Position numbers and translations under genes: made by a program. Shown here one piece after another: positions 63,261 to 64,000 of a stretch of DNA of 64,000 nt (position 1 is its first letter; every line of letters begins with the position of its first letter). The notes under the pieces are model-generated. The model saw only the letters and a program-made list of their open reading frames with translations. It was not told the origin of the DNA and ran no database searches. This stretch comes from Octopus sinensis. Lineage: Eukaryota. Location of the stretch: positions 30,256,001 to 30,320,000 of the forward strand of contig NC_043001.1 of NCBI RefSeq assembly GCF_006345805.1, written 5' to 3'.

Positions 63261-64000
63261 TCAGCATGCTTCCTCATATTATTTTTCAAGCTCAAATTGG
63301 TATCATTTTCATTTCTAATAGGATCTACATCAATGCTACAAATGTATATTTAGTTCTTTTTAATTTCTTTTTTTGGGGGGTTGCTAATGAATAAAAGTTT
63401 CCTAAACTTCCCATTAACACCATTTCTGCAATTTTCAATCCACTGGTCCAAAGCTGATACAAACTGTGATTAAATTTAACACCTAACTATATATAGGTTT
63501 AAAAGAACAACAAAGACAAATGGCATTAATCAATAAAGGATGACATTGAAAGAGGCCAATGAAGTTATAACACTGACTATAACTCAGAACTAGGCTCAAA
63601 CCTCACTTTATTTGGGAAAACACCATAAGTATTATTATGATAATTATTATTAATGCTATGATGCTAAAAATATGCAGTGCTAGCATGGCAGAAATGATTG
63701 AGGAGATGGTAAAAGATTTTCAAAGAAAAATTAATCAAGCTGATTCTACTGTAGTTACTACAGATTACTCTATCATTATTATGATTAGGAATAATAAAAT
63801 ATAAATCTCTCTGAGAGATTTAGAAATGCAATATTTCTAATTTTCTAGATCAGTGAATTTATTTCACTTGAAATTCTATAAGTTTTCAAATGCAAAGAAG
63901 CACTGACAGCTAGCAAGCCAAGCTACTCCAGACTGATGAAGAGCAATAACTCTGAAACTAGTCTCTGGTGGCTGGCTCTGCTGGGTGGAGGTACTTATCT

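Overview
This is AT-rich, intron-rich eukaryotic DNA. It is very probably from an octopus, which I infer from the tRNA-headed and (GAT)n-tailed SINE families saturating it. About 35-40 SINE copies (counted by eye), RTE, R4/Dong, mariner and Helitron relics and microsatellites fill most of 1-53 kb. The main result is a + strand gene the ORF track only partly shows: a signal-peptide exon (19545-19602), a 7308-bp phase-1/phase-1 exon (22841-30148) and two phase-compatible terminal exons. One terminal exon (33647-33774) encodes a GPI-signal-like tail. The other (34919-36180) encodes a 420-aa Tyr/Pro/Asn-rich tail, giving a 2875-aa precursor. The protein is nearly Cys-free, has furin-type sites and is built from about 200 octapeptides ([ILMV]PGxxQxx) in two blocks with 8/16/48-residue periodicity. 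I do not recognise the family; it looks like an undescribed secreted or cell-tethered structural protein. Upstream lie phase-compatible exons of a second Asn/Ser/Thr-rich product (3427-8503). On the - strand at the right end are the last coding exons of an RS-domain protein, followed by an almost transposon-free 3' region of about 6 kb with several 3'UTR splice sites suggestive of AS-NMD autoregulation. All gene models were built by hand from splice signals and frame, without transcript data.
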